Shown: positions 1 to 25,879, counted from the first letter of the stretch. The stretch is 64,000 nucleotides of DNA from Bugula neritina (GCA_964035545.1 OZ037766.1:12700722-12764721), one strand, 5' to 3'. A program made the numbers and translations. Notes: generated by a model from the letters alone, not told the origin.

Positions 1-42
1 GCTTTGAATAAAGATGTTTGCAATAGCATGAAAGTTTCCATG

Positions 43-10005
<9,963 letters not shown>

Positions 10006-11179
10006 GACCGATAATTTCTACAGAGAGAATATGTGGGGAATATGAACATTGAGACAGTTCAAGGCTTAAAACTGTATTGCAACATAAAGTCAGGCTGTAG
10101 AACAGTATATAAAAGCAACAGTATTATTCAAATGTTCAGTTACAATGTAAATCATTAATAAATAAACAATTTGTGTAAAATAATTAGATTTAGTGCAACT
10201 TTCCACTGCATATTATTTTTGGCTACTGTTATATGCAGACCATTAAGTAGGATGGTTACACTGGCTACATGCTGCTGAGTGAGAAAACAAATTAAGCCAC
10301 TGGAAACAGATATCCAAGTTAAAATTACTGCTAATTGAAATAATTATTTATAACAAAAAATAAAAAAGAGTTGTAATAGACAGTTATAGCATTGTTCTGA
10401 TAACCACCGAGCTGATAAGTGGTGAAATATTTCTTCAACGTTGAACATTAAACATTACTGCGGGTATGATTTATAAATGGCAATTACAGCAATCCAACAT
10501 CAGTTATTCGAAAATAGAAACTGATGCAGTAACAGACTAAATTGATTATACAAAAAATAAAAACAAAGATCATACAAAAATACAATTATACAAAGATACA
10601 ATTATACAAAGAAAATGAAGTCTAATGCAACTCTTGCATCCAAATCTAACAGCAACGATGCTGATATGTACAGTATCCAAGCATAAATGAAATGATAAAA
10701 CTAAACCCAAATAGAAATCACAGTAAAAGGAGCTAGCATTACCGGAAGTTTTAGCTGACTGAATTTGCTGAATTTCTAAACACAGTTTTTGATGACTATT
10801 TTTTCTACAAGATCATAGATGAAGGCCCAATGAGGTGAGCCGAGCTAATGAATTAATTGCTTACAAAACATGAGCTGAACATGCAACTCTTACAACACTC
10901 TGAGTTTACAGCCACCATGTTTTTGCGTATTTTATCATTAGATACATGGAGTATATGATAATTTATAGCTAATAGTAATAGTAACCATAATGCTATACTA
11001 ATACTGTGAGTCAGAGTTATAATTATAGAGTGATTATAGACTATTAGTATTAGTAATCCTATTAAGTATTACTATTAGTATTAGTATTACTGAAGACTTA
11101 GAGACTAGAGTAATAGCAATTACAAATAAGTATAGGTTAATTACACTATTAGTATTATTAATACTACATCGGAAAGCTT

Positions 11180-11310
11180 ACTACTACTACTACTACTACT
11201 AGACTAGTACTAACTACTAGGTCTAGGACTAGTGGTAGTAGTAGTAATAGACATAGTACTAGTACTACTACTAGTAGTAGTAGTAGTAGTAGTAGTAGAA
11301 GTAGTAGCAG
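11180..11310. repeat. (CTA)n / (TAG)n trinucleotide microsatellite patchwork
   Basis: Runs of actactact followed by tagtagtag. Confidence 0.8.
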
Positions 11311-13802
11311 TATTTATTATTCATTATAATTTAAATTTATATTTTAATTTTATAATAATAATTAATAATTAATAAATTATTCAATTTCACTTGAACTTGG
11401 AGTTTGACTTTCAGTATTTTATTTTTAGATTATTCTTGTTTTGTACTAATAGTAATCGATCAATCCATCACTAAGATGAATTTTAAAGCAATAGCAAACT
11501 GACCTATTGACGTTAATTTAATATCGCCAACAGCCACTGCAGTTTACATAACTTTTCTATTAATGTTGAGCTCGACAGAAATTCAACGTCAGAAACTTAA
11601 ACTTACAAGCATGTGCAAAAGTGCTGCTTTGAACAACATTTGCATTTCCGGTTGCCCGATGTTTTCCACGCGGTGTACCTTAAAGAGTGCACAACTCTAT
11701 ATCAACTCATTCGCTTACAGCTTAGTAAAATAATAATTTATTAGTGAAATATATTATTTATTACTGAATCTAAGACTCTACTCGTTATAGAATTACTCAT
11801 CGTAACCATAATTAGAACATCAATAATTTACGAATGTTTGCTACATGTATCACATTTTCTGTCCCTTAAAGTCGCAAACAAGCTTTTAGATATTCATTTT
11901 CATAAAAATGTTGATTAGGTAGTAAATTTAGTTTTTAGCCGGTTCTACCCTCTTTTTTGCAAAATGGCTCTATCGATTATCTTCAAGCATCATTAGCTAC
12001 TAATTATACTACTTTATAACTAAATATTGCAATATTTCAATTTAGTATGGTTACTGATAAAACACTTGAATTATCATAGTTTATTTACTGAAAATCTCAG
12101 CATATAGGCTACATATCTTTTACCAGAAGCAAAACTCTGAACTGTATGTGAAACTAATGTATTTATTCTATTGACAAACTAAAGATTAATTAATGAAAGT
12201 GCTTAAACATATTATGGGAATTGAACTAGGTAACTATTTAAAACTGTAAAGCAGTTTTGTTGTGCACAGCAGTAACTAATCCTGCAGTGAACACTCATAC
12301 GGAAATATTCAAAAATAAATGAATGAGAAACATTTTTTGTTTAATTTACTACTTTATTTATCTAGATATGATATTAATTAATTGTAAAATTGTTTATTCC
12401 CAACACTTATGTACCATTTTAAACGTATAATTGGTGATTGTGAGTCACTTATAAAGTTAAACTTTGCAATGGCTGATTAAATGTGCCTTTGAACGATATC
12501 CTGGTTCATTTGAAAGAAGCAATGTGTTTTTTTAATATAACAGAGCTTCTATCCCCACTTTGCACAGAGAACAGTTTTTTGTTTGCTTTTATTTTCTTTG
12601 ACATGCATAATATGTTCTTTAACCAAATTTCACTGATAGTATCACGTTAGTAACTTATAAGCATAATGCAGGTGTGTTTGGTTTGTATGTAGTAAAACAC
12701 ATAGAAAAGTTAGCAAATATATTCTTGTCACTCATTAGTTTTAAGTACCTAGACAAAATGAAGGCCTACCATCTATTCAGTGCACTATACTTAAAGTATT
12801 GTATTCATTAATTGAACATTTAGTTGTATGCTATGTCAGCGTTCTAACCTAGCAGTGTTCTTTGACAGGAGAAGACAATCTTTTACTCTCATGCTTCATT
12901 TCTACAAAACTTACTATAATATATTAGCTTCTAGTACAATCAACTTTTAGTCAAGAATTATGTAGAATTATATATGCTATGAATGCATATTATAGCATTC
13001 CTTATTCACAATAGCACAGCCCATTAGAATTATAAATTACCAATATAATTATAGTGATCAAATAATGATATTTACATTAAACTATATAGTTAAAGCCACA
13101 CTTCTATAGTTTAATGTTTGGGTACATTGACTTCAAAAATGAATTGCATACATAACTGTATGGGTAACAAAGCAATTAATATTGTATAAGCAGCATGACT
13201 ACTCAATGGGTGAAAAATTACAAAACAAACATAACCATATTTATTAAGGATTTATATTAATAAAATCTACAAAATCGCATAACATGAATGCATACTTCTT
13301 TTCTCCCTTACATGAACATTTTGATTTGCTTACATATTGATTGAGTAAAATTGTTAGAGCCAGTTTGCTTTGTATTTAACTGGTATATTTATTAATATTT
13401 TACAAAACCTTGTGATTGATAAAATGTGAAACAGGAAATTATCACAGAATAGAGACAAGTATGATTGATAATTTGAAGAGTTTGGTGATTTAGGAATGTA
13501 AAATATGACAGCAACTGGTACATGTGACAGCAAAAGAATCTACACCATATATTTTGTAATATATCACAGTTTATATAGGAGTTATAATTACTGCAAAATT
13601 GAAATTCAAATAAAATAATCAATACATACTTAGAGATAAAGAAACATACAATAGAACTAGTAGTAAAGGCTTTTCGCAACAATACAACACTTACGTAAGA
13701 GTTTAAATTATATGTGAATCAGTAATTGTGTTTACATTATAACCCACTAATGATTGCTGGTTGATAATATGTTATATGTATAAACTAGCTAGGAAAACAT
13801 AG

Positions 13803-14603
13803 TTAAAATATTCTATGCATAGTTTCTTTTATGTGTGTCTTTTTGGTATAATGCAGTCGGCTAGTGATGTCATGAAAATTTGGGGATTTTGGTAAACCAC
13901 ACATTAAAGGTAAATCTTTAGATTTTGGCCTAACCTCCATATCAGGAGGGAATTTTGAGCATTTTGGTTCACCACAAAGAGAAGCGTTAGTAGGAGTTCG
14001 TGCCCTTTTCAACACCATTTCATATTGCTCCTGAGTCAACTGTGGCTCTGGAATTCTTTCAGATTCTAACTGCTTATCAAAGAGTTTATAATCGAACTCA
14101 GTGCTGTCACAATAACCACAAGCGCCTAGTCTCTTCAGCGATGAGGCTGTTGTTGGACGAGATAATCGCTGCACCCGTTTCTTCTCACTCAATGTAGTTA
14201 TAGGTGCTGGTGACATATTTTCAATCATTTTCAATTTGTTGGGCACATGTGACAGTGTTTTATTTAACTCTTTAATTTTAGGTGACGCTAGTCTTGTAGA
14301 TAGTTGTTGAAGTTGTCTGCTCGAGGAGGGCTTCTTTTGAGCTGAGGCTATTACTGCAACAACATCTATTCTATAGAGATTAAGTTTAGGGCACAAGTCA
14401 GAAGAGAGAAGGGATTGCTTGAATATTGAGGATTGGCCCACAAAGTTTTTCCGATCAGACTCGGTGACTGCACTAGATCTAGTGTGAGTTGTGTATAACC
14501 TGTTTGATATGGCATCAACTTCCTGTTTGGATAGCAACTGAAACCCATAGGTCTTAGAGTCAGGTATGTTATATGCTACTTTGTACACCAAAGCACTTGC
14601 CAT
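13803..14603 (-). CDS. Uncharacterised basic 266-aa protein with recurring RL-x-x-P/T-x-x-S motifs; single coding exon
   Basis: 801-nt ORF in very AT-rich DNA; polypyrimidine/AG acceptor ~10 nt upstream of the ATG; motifs ISNRLYTTHTRSS, LSTRLASPK, VQRLSRPTTASS, LKRARTPTNAS, ITSRLH. Confidence 0.75.
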   Translation of the reverse strand: MASALVYKVAYNIPDSKTYGFQLLSKQEVDAISNRLYTTHTRSSAVTESDRKNFVGQSSIFKQSLLSSDLCPKLNLYRIDVVAVIASAQKKPSSSRQLQQLSTRLASPKIKELNKTLSHVPNKLKMIENMSPAPITTLSEKKRVQRLSRPTTASSLKRLGACGYCDSTEFDYKLFDKQLESERIPEPQLTQEQYEMVLKRARTPTNASLCGEPKCSKFPPDMEVRPKSKDLPLMCGLPKSPNFHDITSRLHYTKKTHIKETMHRIF

Positions 14604-17588
14604 ACTTTAAACCTAGAAGGAGAGAGCAAATAAAATTAAAAACAAATATTGTTGTATTGAACTAATATTTAATGAAAATATACTTATGTTATATATGTTG
14701 ATGATAATTATAAATATGTTGTATTCTTAATAACCAAACAACCTGGTTCAAGTACTGTACCTGTTGCTATCACAGTACTTTCTGCAATTACAGTACCTGC
14801 TTGAACCCAAAATAGAAACATGTAAAATCATGAGCTGTATAATTATTGTTTCACATAATCACTGAGATGTTAATATGGTAGGAGCACAACTTGGAGATTA
14901 ACCAAAGCAAAGAAGGCTGACCTCTGATGGCTACAGAGGTAGATGGAAAGGTTGGTGAAACTTACAGCAAAGTAGATACCCTTCACCAGCACAAGACAAA
15001 AGCAGTAAAAAAGTTGAGTGGTCAATGAGTGAGTATGTAGAGACGCATTGTTGTTTGCATCAATAGCAGTCTTCTAACGCCAGAAACCAATACTTAGTAC
15101 CTATGATAACTTACCTTATATGCTATAGCTACATGCTATATATGATCAAATTATGAATAGTAGTATTTTGATAAAATAATGCCTTTCAAAACTTTTTAGT
15201 GAGACTGATATAAATAAATACCTGATGTAGAATACCAAAATGTTAGAAATGGTTATAAAGCAAGTACTATTGATAATTAGTTATCTCTATTAGAATCAAT
15301 AAACTATATTTGTTGCCACTTCACACTACTTACCTTTACAGGATAAATTGTTTGGCTATAAATGAATGCGGTTGACAACCTTCAAGACTTTTTGATTAAG
15401 CTTATACAGATTTTATTGCACCTGGTTTGAGCTAATATTTTTCAATAGGATCACTTATAATGTGTTAGGAAATCGGTCAGACAGAGGAAACTGTGCTACA
15501 ATAGATAGAGTCAATACCCACACACTCTATACACATTGGTATAGATTTTGTATCAATAAATCAGCTTTGATGTTTGCTGGATAATTATAAACATTTTATA
15601 TTCAGGAGATCACAACTCCGTATTAATATAGTTGTTCAATACAAGTAGCACTATAATATATTATGACTTAGCTTTAGCAGACAAGAAGTTGTCCTTTCTT
15701 TCTAAATAATACTATGGCATTAGGCACTGGGCTGCTAGGCCTTATGCTAGTCTTTTTGGAGAACAGTAACAATTAATATATAAATAAAAACCTTAAATTT
15801 GCTTATTATAGAAACATAATTCAATTTATTTATCATAATTTTATTTTGCTTCTAATACTACTATAGTTTTTAACTGAAAAGTGGCATTCAAAAATACTTT
15901 TTCTATACAAGTAACTATATACCAATAATTCATTTTATATGTGTAAAAACGGCACAAAATACATACATACTTGCCTTTGTATAAATAAGTTTCATAATAA
16001 AAACATTATTTTCTACTAATTGACAAAACATCATGATGGCAAATAGTTTCATTAATTGATACAGTTATCTCATAACCTCACAAAGATAACCTTCATTGAG
16101 AGAGATGAGTTATAATCACTCATAACCATTACTGGACTGCACAACTTTATTATTTGAAATGAAAGTGTTATAGTGTATTAAATAGTTCATATTGATAATA
16201 ACTGTCTAAGTGTAGATCATTGCCTAACAAACCAATTTGAACCACCATACAGTTTACACATTTTCAATAAACTTAATAGAACATATAACAGCATTGTACC
16301 AATTGAACAATACTCTCAGCAATTAGGCCACTCTATGCTAAGTAAACTTTTTTCAACAAATAGTATTTACAGGCCAAATGGAGACATAAGTCTTATAGCT
16401 ATAATTCGTGTTCAGCATCACCTTAGTGAGAACTTGAATCTCTTGCAGAAGATATTGGCCTGTAATTTATATTCAACTGTCAATACTGAGTCAGCCATAA
16501 AAAAGTCACAGTTGGTGCTTTGAAAACAAACAAATTAAGTTCTTTACATTCATAATACTTCAAAAAGGATGTATGAAAATAGTGAAGACTGATTGCATGT
16601 ATAGACTGGTCAAGGGCATATTGCCATTAGCTAAATGTTATAACACTGTTCTATATATGTAAAGGTCACCCAACCTAACAAGTATGTTGTCATGCACTTA
16701 TATACTTCACAACCTACAAGCTCATACAAACACAATTCAATTACTGAAATAAGCTTCATGCTTGGCGAATGCATTTTCTTTATAAAATAAAAACAATTTT
16801 AGATCTAAGACAGAGTGTCAGTACTCATATGCTTATAGATGCACATTTTTAAGGTGTATGATTGTATATACTAGTGCAGTAAATTTTTATTATTAAGAAC
16901 TGCAAGTATTTGCATTATAAATTTGTAAATAAGGCGGTAGAAAGAAGCTTCATTAAAATTATATTATCCTTTGTTTAGATTATTTACACTGCCAGTTATT
17001 TGGTGTTTTCTAGAAAATGTTATGAATTTGTATGCAGCAGCCTTGTAGTTTGAGCAGCAACTAAATAATATGTCAAAATAGAATGTTTACTTATGCATTT
17101 TCTCTACTAATATTTTATTAATATTATTTTTAAATTAAGTAGCTTTTCTTTCTATATAATTGCTAATAATATTATTCTGTTTTTTAGTCTCTGATATGTA
17201 TATATTATTCTGATAAGCAAATGGAATTGATCTTGACTCTTATTAAAATGTTTATATTTGAGCATCAATTATAATATTATAACATTTTATAATACACAAA
17301 AGGAGTAATTCATATTATAATATATTTTATCTGCTGTAAAATGTGTATTATAGTGCAATGTAATGCAAATGCATAATTATACAGTGATAAAAATAAAATT
17401 CAATAACTTTTAAAGGATTTTGCTTATAAAAAAAGTTTAGGTAAAAAACTTGTTGAAATAACATCACACATTTTCATTATATATAATGTTGTAGTTTTTA
17501 ATCAGTTATACAAAAATAAGTCAACTGAACCCTGCAGTAGCAAAGTGCTATAATTAGGATAACATTATGCAATCATTGATAAACAGTT

Positions 17589-18818
17589 CTACAGTTTATT
17601 TTCAGCGCACTTTGCTGATGCACTATCAACTAGAGGTAGAAATGAGACTTGCTCATGAGCTATGTTACCAATATCCCGAACAACTATTGTTCCAGATTTA
17701 GATATGCTGGTAGAATGGCTTTGTGAAGAGCTCTTAGCGTCTTTCTTTTCTATGCCTATACTGCAGCTCATTCTACATAGAAACTTCTTGAAAGCCTTTT
17801 TAAATATGGAAGATGAGATGGTATAGATGAGTGGGTTTATACATGAGTTCATGTATGCCAAGCAATTAGCACTGATTTGTATTATTACATGCATTTTGGA
17901 GTTCTCATATACACCATAGTTGCTCATTATTAGTATGATGTGTATAGGAAACCAGCAAATAATAAACACAACCACAACAATGACAACTACTTTAGCTACT
18001 CTTCTTTTTGTTTTTCTGCGCCTGGTGGAATTAGTAACCATCAGTGAGTTCTGTCTTTTAAGAAAAACTATGATGACAGTGTATAAAATAACCATAACTG
18101 TTACGGGGAGAGCAAATCCAACAAGAAAGTTTATTAAATGAAATGTCTCAATTGAATGTTGTCCAACATTGCTCAGCAATCTGCATGTTTTTCTGATTCT
18201 ACCATTTCTATTATACTCATGTATGCCGTGATACATCCATGTTGGAATGTTGGCTAGAAGTATCCCAATCCAAGTTATGATTATAGCTAGAATGTAATTT
18301 CGTCTGATTCTTATATGTTTTGATTTGACTGCAAAAACTATTGCAAGCAGTCTGTCTATGCACAAAAGCATTAAAGTATAGGCACTGCCCCAAGCGCTGA
18401 TAAAATTTAAGTAGTTTACCACCTTGCACCACTTGTCTCCAAATATCCATGTGCTTGCAGTGTATCTGACAGCTGAGAATGGGATGCAAATAAGAATGAA
18501 CAAGAGATCAGCCACTGCAAGGTTGAGCACTAACAAATAGGTGGGCTGTCTAAGAGTCTTGTCTGTTACCACTACAAGAATGACCAAAAAGTTCCCGAAG
18601 GCTCCAACTACAGTTAGAAATACAAAAAGTGTCAGAATGATTGCAGAAATAGTTTGTGTAAACTGGTCATTTTTAGCAGAACTGGAAGCAATAGTCTGCA
18701 CGGAGTCATTTTTAAAAATCTCTTCCAAAGAAATGTTAACAAAAGTATCTTTTAATGAGCTGTTTAGGTGAGTGTAATGCCAAAGTTCCGTTGAATTTCT
18801 CAGTAAAGCGTGTTCCAT
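17589..18818 (-). CDS. AstA-R: Rhodopsin-family neuropeptide GPCR, allatostatin-A/galanin receptor-like
   Basis: Seven hydrophobic segments; GN in TM1, LNLAVADLLF (TM2), CIPFSA, WIFG..WCK, DRL (DRY position), CWFPIH (TM6), NCLAYMNSCINPLIY (TM7); N-terminal N-glycosylation sequons; intronless CDS. Subfamily assignment is from motif recognition only. Confidence 0.85.
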   Translation of the reverse strand: MEHALLRNSTELWHYTHLNSSLKDTFVNISLEEIFKNDSVQTIASSSAKNDQFTQTISAIILTLFVFLTVVGAFGNFLVILVVVTDKTLRQPTYLLVLNLAVADLLFILICIPFSAVRYTASTWIFGDKWCKVVNYLNFISAWGSAYTLMLLCIDRLLAIVFAVKSKHIRIRRNYILAIIITWIGILLANIPTWMYHGIHEYNRNGRIRKTCRLLSNVGQHSIETFHLINFLVGFALPVTVMVILYTVIIVFLKRQNSLMVTNSTRRRKTKRRVAKVVVIVVVVFIICWFPIHIILIMSNYGVYENSKMHVIIQISANCLAYMNSCINPLIYTISSSIFKKAFKKFLCRMSCSIGIEKKDAKSSSQSHSTSISKSGTIVVRDIGNIAHEQVSFLPLVDSASAKCAENKL

Positions 18819-19844
18819 TTTTCCACCCGCAGCTAAGGAGAAGATATTGGAGCTTTTACCAACTTAACGTCACAAAATCTAAAACAGCACATTACAATTC
18901 TTGCATAGACAGCTCACAGTTATGGGCAGAAACCCTTGCTAATGAATTAACATTATGGTAGGATAAAATGGTGAAATTATTAGTAGGTAATAGTTATAAC
19001 ATTGTTTTTTATTGGCATAAATAATTTGTAGCTTGCATATTTGATACTAAATTTAAAACATCTTTTTAAAGCTTGGTAAAAAACGTGAGAAAGAAAATGA
19101 AATTTAATTTTCTTTTGATTTACAAAACTATTTGTTTCAGAACTGTATGCAAAGTATTAAATTTCATTCCACACTATAAATAATGTTTTGATTGGTAATT
19201 TAATTTGTTTTATTGTACTAAAACAGCTACACATACAGTTTAAATATCTACATCGTACCAAGTTTAAACTGGTAGTCATTAAAACACAAGATAAGATGGA
19301 CAAACTTCTGCTTTGAATTAAAACCAAGTTTAGTGAAAGTGATGGGATTTATTTTCACACAGCATGATGTAATAACGATGAAGACCTGTGTGTTAATTTA
19401 ATTGAAATTAAATTTAATTATTCAATTTTACCTTTTTATATTTTGCACACACACTATAAATACAGTATTGATGTCTTAAATTATACTTGAAGAACTTTAT
19501 GAAATAAAACTCATTTGCTTCAAAACAATAGTATACGTATTTATGAACATGTATGCCTAAAAACGAAATTGTATGCATAAAGAAATTGAATGAACTCAAA
19601 ATACAGAGTACTAGTCAATAAACTGGATCCCTATAAACTAATTCAATTTGCATTTATGGTAACAAACCCTTGAAACTTTTTAAGATGAGAAAATTTTAGG
19701 CCAACAATCAAACATTGATACTATTACTCTTCCTAATGCATGAGAAATTTCGAGACACTGTAAGAAAGAACATTAGAATAAATGGAATATCTCAATTGTT
19801 TGCTAGCATACACACATACAAATACACATGTATAACACACATTT

Positions 19845-20490
<646 letters not shown>

Positions 20491-23414
20491 CTACTACTTT
20501 CTTTAAATGATGCATTCCGATTCACTTTAACCAAAACTGCTTTTTTGCTGCATGGAAGTAATTCAGCTGATTTGTACTTCAGTGCTGTGGTATATATTAT
20601 TTAAACAATTATCAGTTATATACTTAATTAAATCCACAATATAATGTTATACAGTTCCTTAAGCTAAACAATTTTATATTTGTGGTATGCAAGTGAGATT
20701 ATGCTATATATAAGATATAATCAATATTTTGTTAATAAAAGCAAATTATTGCTTATTAAATCAATTTTGTACCTCGGTAATTTTGTCAGTATAGTTCTTC
20801 TCAGTATTTTCAACTACTTCAGGTTTGATTGAACAGAAGTCGTAATCTCTGAAAAAGCAAAATATCAACAACTAGTCAAAGTAAACTGATGCATATTTGT
20901 ATAAACATTGAAAAATTAATGATGCAATAACAGATATCTTTTTAAATGCAACATTTTTTATTTAAAATGCATTACAAAAACCCCTTTACACATAATTTTT
21001 TGTTCAAAACAATATGGATAATTTAAAATAAACAGCATGCTTACGAGTTGCTTTGCTAAGAAAACAAACAAATGGATACAAGACTAAGCAAGTTGCAAAT
21101 GTATCGGTACTGCAATAGTTTTCTACCAGCCCAAAAGATAGTAATTATATGTGTTTTAGAAAAGTCCAGTAATTGCTTGTTTCATTACATTATATTGTTT
21201 AATGTTCTGTGAGCTGCAAATAAAAAGTGAGCTGTAGGTACTGACGGTCACAACTGTTTGCTTAGACTAAAAATTTATATGATAGTTGCATAATACTAGA
21301 CTCACATAGGCACCTCTATTGCTTATTGTAACGAAAATTCTTATTGATATTTCCAATGAGAGAAAAACTAAAAGTGTGCACTATGTACACTGTATACTAA
21401 GCATGTAGCGGTTTTTGTTGCTGTAAGTCCAAATTGATCCACTTTCTTAAATTTTTTCAGAAGAAATATGAAAGCATATCATTGCCGCAAGAATATAATA
21501 ATAGGTACACACATCGTTTCATTCGGAAATTATACCATTAAGTTCAAAAATAGTGTAGAAGTGAATGACCAAGATGAGTGCAGGCCACAGAGTCTATATA
21601 TGTGGTGACTTAATACAGTGGGATGCTTTACAATATACTTACCAGTATAACTATTTTCTGTGACCAAACTTGTATGTTTCCTTCAAAACATCATATAGAC
21701 AGGGTGGAGTAAAGCTGTGACACCAACCTGAAAGGGTCTTCTGTTATATACACGATCTCATTCTCCAATAGGCAACCTCGTATTATCTAACTGTGTTATT
21801 AATTATAAGCCATACAGTAAGACCATTATGCAAAGTACACGCGTGTTATAGTAAACACGATGCCTGAGGCGCGGGAAGGGTTGGGCTGAATAACTAGTGG
21901 CTAGCAGCTTTACAATGACAAACAGATTGGTTATTATGAGGTAGCAGCAGTATTTGATATCATCTATCATAACATAAGTACAATCCCCTTCCAGCTAATC
22001 ACCTGAACTCCATGAAATGTTTGATATTGATAAGCTTGAGCTGTTTGTTGTTGAATGAAAACAAATGTTCAATCAAAATGAAGAATGAGAAACATAATGG
22101 AACTTTAAAAAGAATAGAAATTAAAATAGTTATTACCCTGTACTGATGAAATAATATTCACCTGCATGTTATTGTCACCATTAAGTTGTAACATTAAACA
22201 GGGACTCATATACAACTGTTTATTAGTTTGGAGAATGCTATAGCAGATGTTTTGTAAATAAGAGATCTACAATTAAGTTGTAAATTTATTCCAAATATCA
22301 ATACAACTTTATAGATTAGAGATGCTATCATTGCACATGTTTGCTGATATTATCTGGCATAGGCTGTCAGCCTATATGATGCATTATTGCTAGTTGCTGT
22401 TGCTACAAAAAAATATATCTTTGCACGGCGTGCTTGTACTCAATATTATAGTATATAATTATGTAAGAAGTTGATCATATAGTGATGCAGCTATCAATGC
22501 TAATAAAGAACTGAAGTGTATTCCATAGAGACATTCTAATGTCAAACATCTGATAAACATTCTAAAAGTACATAAACATTATTGATATTTTAGTACACAG
22601 AGTTATAATGCACCGTGCTTCATAAAATATGGAGTCCTATTCTACTAAAATTTTAGAGTGCTATTGTATTTTCAGTAATAGAGGTGTTAGAAATAGTCCA
22701 AGTATATTTAATGTAAAAATAAATAAAGTTGTTCCGTTCTTGAACTTTGTTTCATAATAATATATATCAATTTACAAACACAGAATGTGTAAAAGAACAT
22801 AGTCTTACTTAAATACATCTGGTAGAATATAGCTCTATATAAGCTATACAAGATAGCTAATAATAGAAAGCAATATAAATACGTAATACAAGCATAGCAA
22901 GTTATTGCAGCTAGGAGAAAGAATTGAAAATATAATAAACTATTGCCAGCTATTGTAATGTTTTAAAATAAATAATAGTAAAATACCAACACAAAGCTTA
23001 CATTATAATAAAAGCATAATTTATATAAACCTAAAGTTTTGCCCAGGTAGTAAACACACATACCTATAACAAACATATACTCACATGAGCATTATAACAT
23101 TAGCCTTCTAACCATTATAATTAATATATGTGTATAATGAAATACAATTTTTGTAAATTTATATTATCATAATTACTGAAAGGCTATCATTGATATTATA
23201 TGCAGATTTTATTATACCATACTGCAACTTCAATAGCCTAATCAAATGTTTTTGAATTACAGTTTTTTAAAAAGAATTATATTATGCATTTTACTAGCTT
23301 TGGATATTCACAATATGGCTTGTGAATTTATGCTTTGAGGCAACTTAGTTGCAATCAAAGTCTACATTCATACTTTTTTTTATTTGTAACTAGCAGTTGC
23401 TGTAAATCTTTAAA

Positions 23415-23645
23415 GAGCAGCAGTGCTCTAGGGGTTAGATCGTTTGCCTAGTAAGCAGGAAGTCATGGGTTCAAACCCAAAGTTATGTGTTTGAACCTCA
23501 GTAAAGGCCATTGGTGATGTTAGGAAGAGCATTCAGTCATAATTGCTCTTGTGCCCAATCTGAATAAGTCTTTAGCCTAATTTAAAAAAAAACTCTTTCC
23601 ATCAGGGGTTTCTTACCACGATGGTGACTTTCGTGAGTGAGTTCC
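23415..23645 (+). mobile_element. tRNA-derived SINE, near full length
   Basis: A-box-like TGCTCTAGGGGTTAG, anticodon-like CCT-AGT-AA, B box GGTTCAAACC, shared body and tail. Confidence 0.8.
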
Positions 23646-25879
23646 TGTAGATCTATAATTTTTGACAGTTTTATTGTAGCTAATGACTAGTAGTGACTAG
23701 TTATTAGCATGTGAGTGACAGTAGATTACAGTTAATATTTTAAAAATATTTCTGCAAAGATGATTTGTGACCTTCATAAGATATAATATAGTTGTATGTC
23801 ATCATTGACCATTATATGCAGATTATTATTCATTGGCGGTTTCAGATAACATATTTATTGCAATAATATTATGAATGTTGTACTGAAAATATTGCTATCA
23901 TTTTTTTAATATGTAGGTGCATCCTAATTACCATAATATTATATGGCATCTATTGAGTGAGAACAACTACAACGTGTATAGTAAACAAAATTACTGCTGT
24001 GAAATAATAGAGCGAAATTTTTAAACTTACAAGGTTGTTATATTTCAAGTGTCATCATAAAATAAAAACTAACCAATGACAGCAGGCTATTGTTTCTGTA
24101 GAATAAAATACTTGAATATTTTATAGACCTGTAATTTTTAAAAAAAAAATCACTTAGATTTCGGAGTTATCTGCTTTAAAATATCAACCAGCTGCTTCAA
24201 TATTAATGATTTCGTTATTTAAAATGAACCAAATGAAATATAATATTAAATGTAAGACACTTTGCTGTTAGAAAACCAGCACACAGTTAGAGAGCAATGC
24301 TATATATCTGATAACCTCAAATTTTGCTGCTATATGATATCTAATCTATTTTTTCTAACCAATAAACTGTAAAATAAGTAGGAAAACTCAATGTAAGTAT
24401 ATAGGTTACTGCATAAAAATGATTTATTACCATAGTTTTACTTGCATGCATATACTACGGGATACCAGGAGTTTAGTTACTAATGTTACCTAATATTTAT
24501 TTTGCTTAAAACTGACCTGTAACTTTTAAAATAAAACCTCTGTTAACTATTTTCCTATAACTTATAACTATTAAAATTAAATTTTGGCAAAGCGTCATAA
24601 TACAAAATTTGAACTAAATTAATAGCTGTAAGAATTTGCCTGCTACATAACTATATGTATTAAATATTAGACAATAAGCACTCTCAGTATAATATCATTA
24701 GCTGCAGCCATAGCAGCTTACAAACACAGATTTTAACCGATTTAGCAGATTTTCAGAAATATACGTCAATAGATTATAACTTGAGTATTGAGTTGGGATA
24801 GTCTGCAGTATTATTCCTATGTGCTATAAGAAAACATCGTGATTAAACAAATTCTACCTTTCTAGCTCTTCAATTTACTTGTACATAGTCAATATTTTTA
24901 GAAAGCAGATAACTCTTATTTTGATTACAAGTTCAACTTTTCACATACAAACCGTAAGAAAAACTTAAAGCAAAACCTATATAAATAAACTATGAAATTA
25001 ATTTTATTATACATATTTTTTAACTTTCTTCATGTCTCTAATTAAAACATCTGACAAATTGAATGGTATAGGATAAAATCGTAAGCAAAGTATGGAACAA
25101 AGGCAATATACATGCATCTTCAAACTGCACTGATATTATATGCTTCAAAAGTATATAATTCAGTTTAAACGTTATTATAAATTATTCATTAATTTGCTTT
25201 ATTTTTAAAACCTATACCTTGGGTATTAAGCAAAGTTAAACAGACTAAATTAATAAATGACCCTTGAAACATTTTGGAAACAAAAAGCTCAAAGTTTCTA
25301 CTTGTTTAGAATTTTTGACCAGGCTAGGCTGCGCTTCATAACTTCAGAATAGACCATACATGTTTCAGTGCCATTAGATGATTCAATAAAATATTATATT
25401 TTCTTTCAATAGTGGAAAGTGGTAAGAGCTATAATCACAACAATATTCAGCATTTATCAGCATTTACCTTCTAAGCAATTTAGCTGATGATCTCTTTAAA
25501 AGAAGGCTATATTCTGAAGGGCAAAATAAAATAGGCACTACCTGCGATGCAAAAAATATTATTTTACAAATTATTACAAAATAACTTTACTACAAATACA
25601 AATTGACGTAGTACACTTAGAGTTAAGAAGTTCAAGTATTTACAAAGCAATGTATACAGCGGAAATTCGACTGCATCCTTATTTGCTGTTATAACATAGG
25701 CCAACTAGCTCTTGCAAAACTTTAAAGGATTGCTCTATCTTGTCTAATAAATGGCCATTTAGGTCAAACACACATAATATTGTGTTTTTCTAAGCATGCA
25801 TTGACAAAAAGCATTTGACCAAAGGTAGAAAAAGTTAGTTGAAGTTGAGGGTGTAGATTGGTAACAGCCAAAACGCCGA

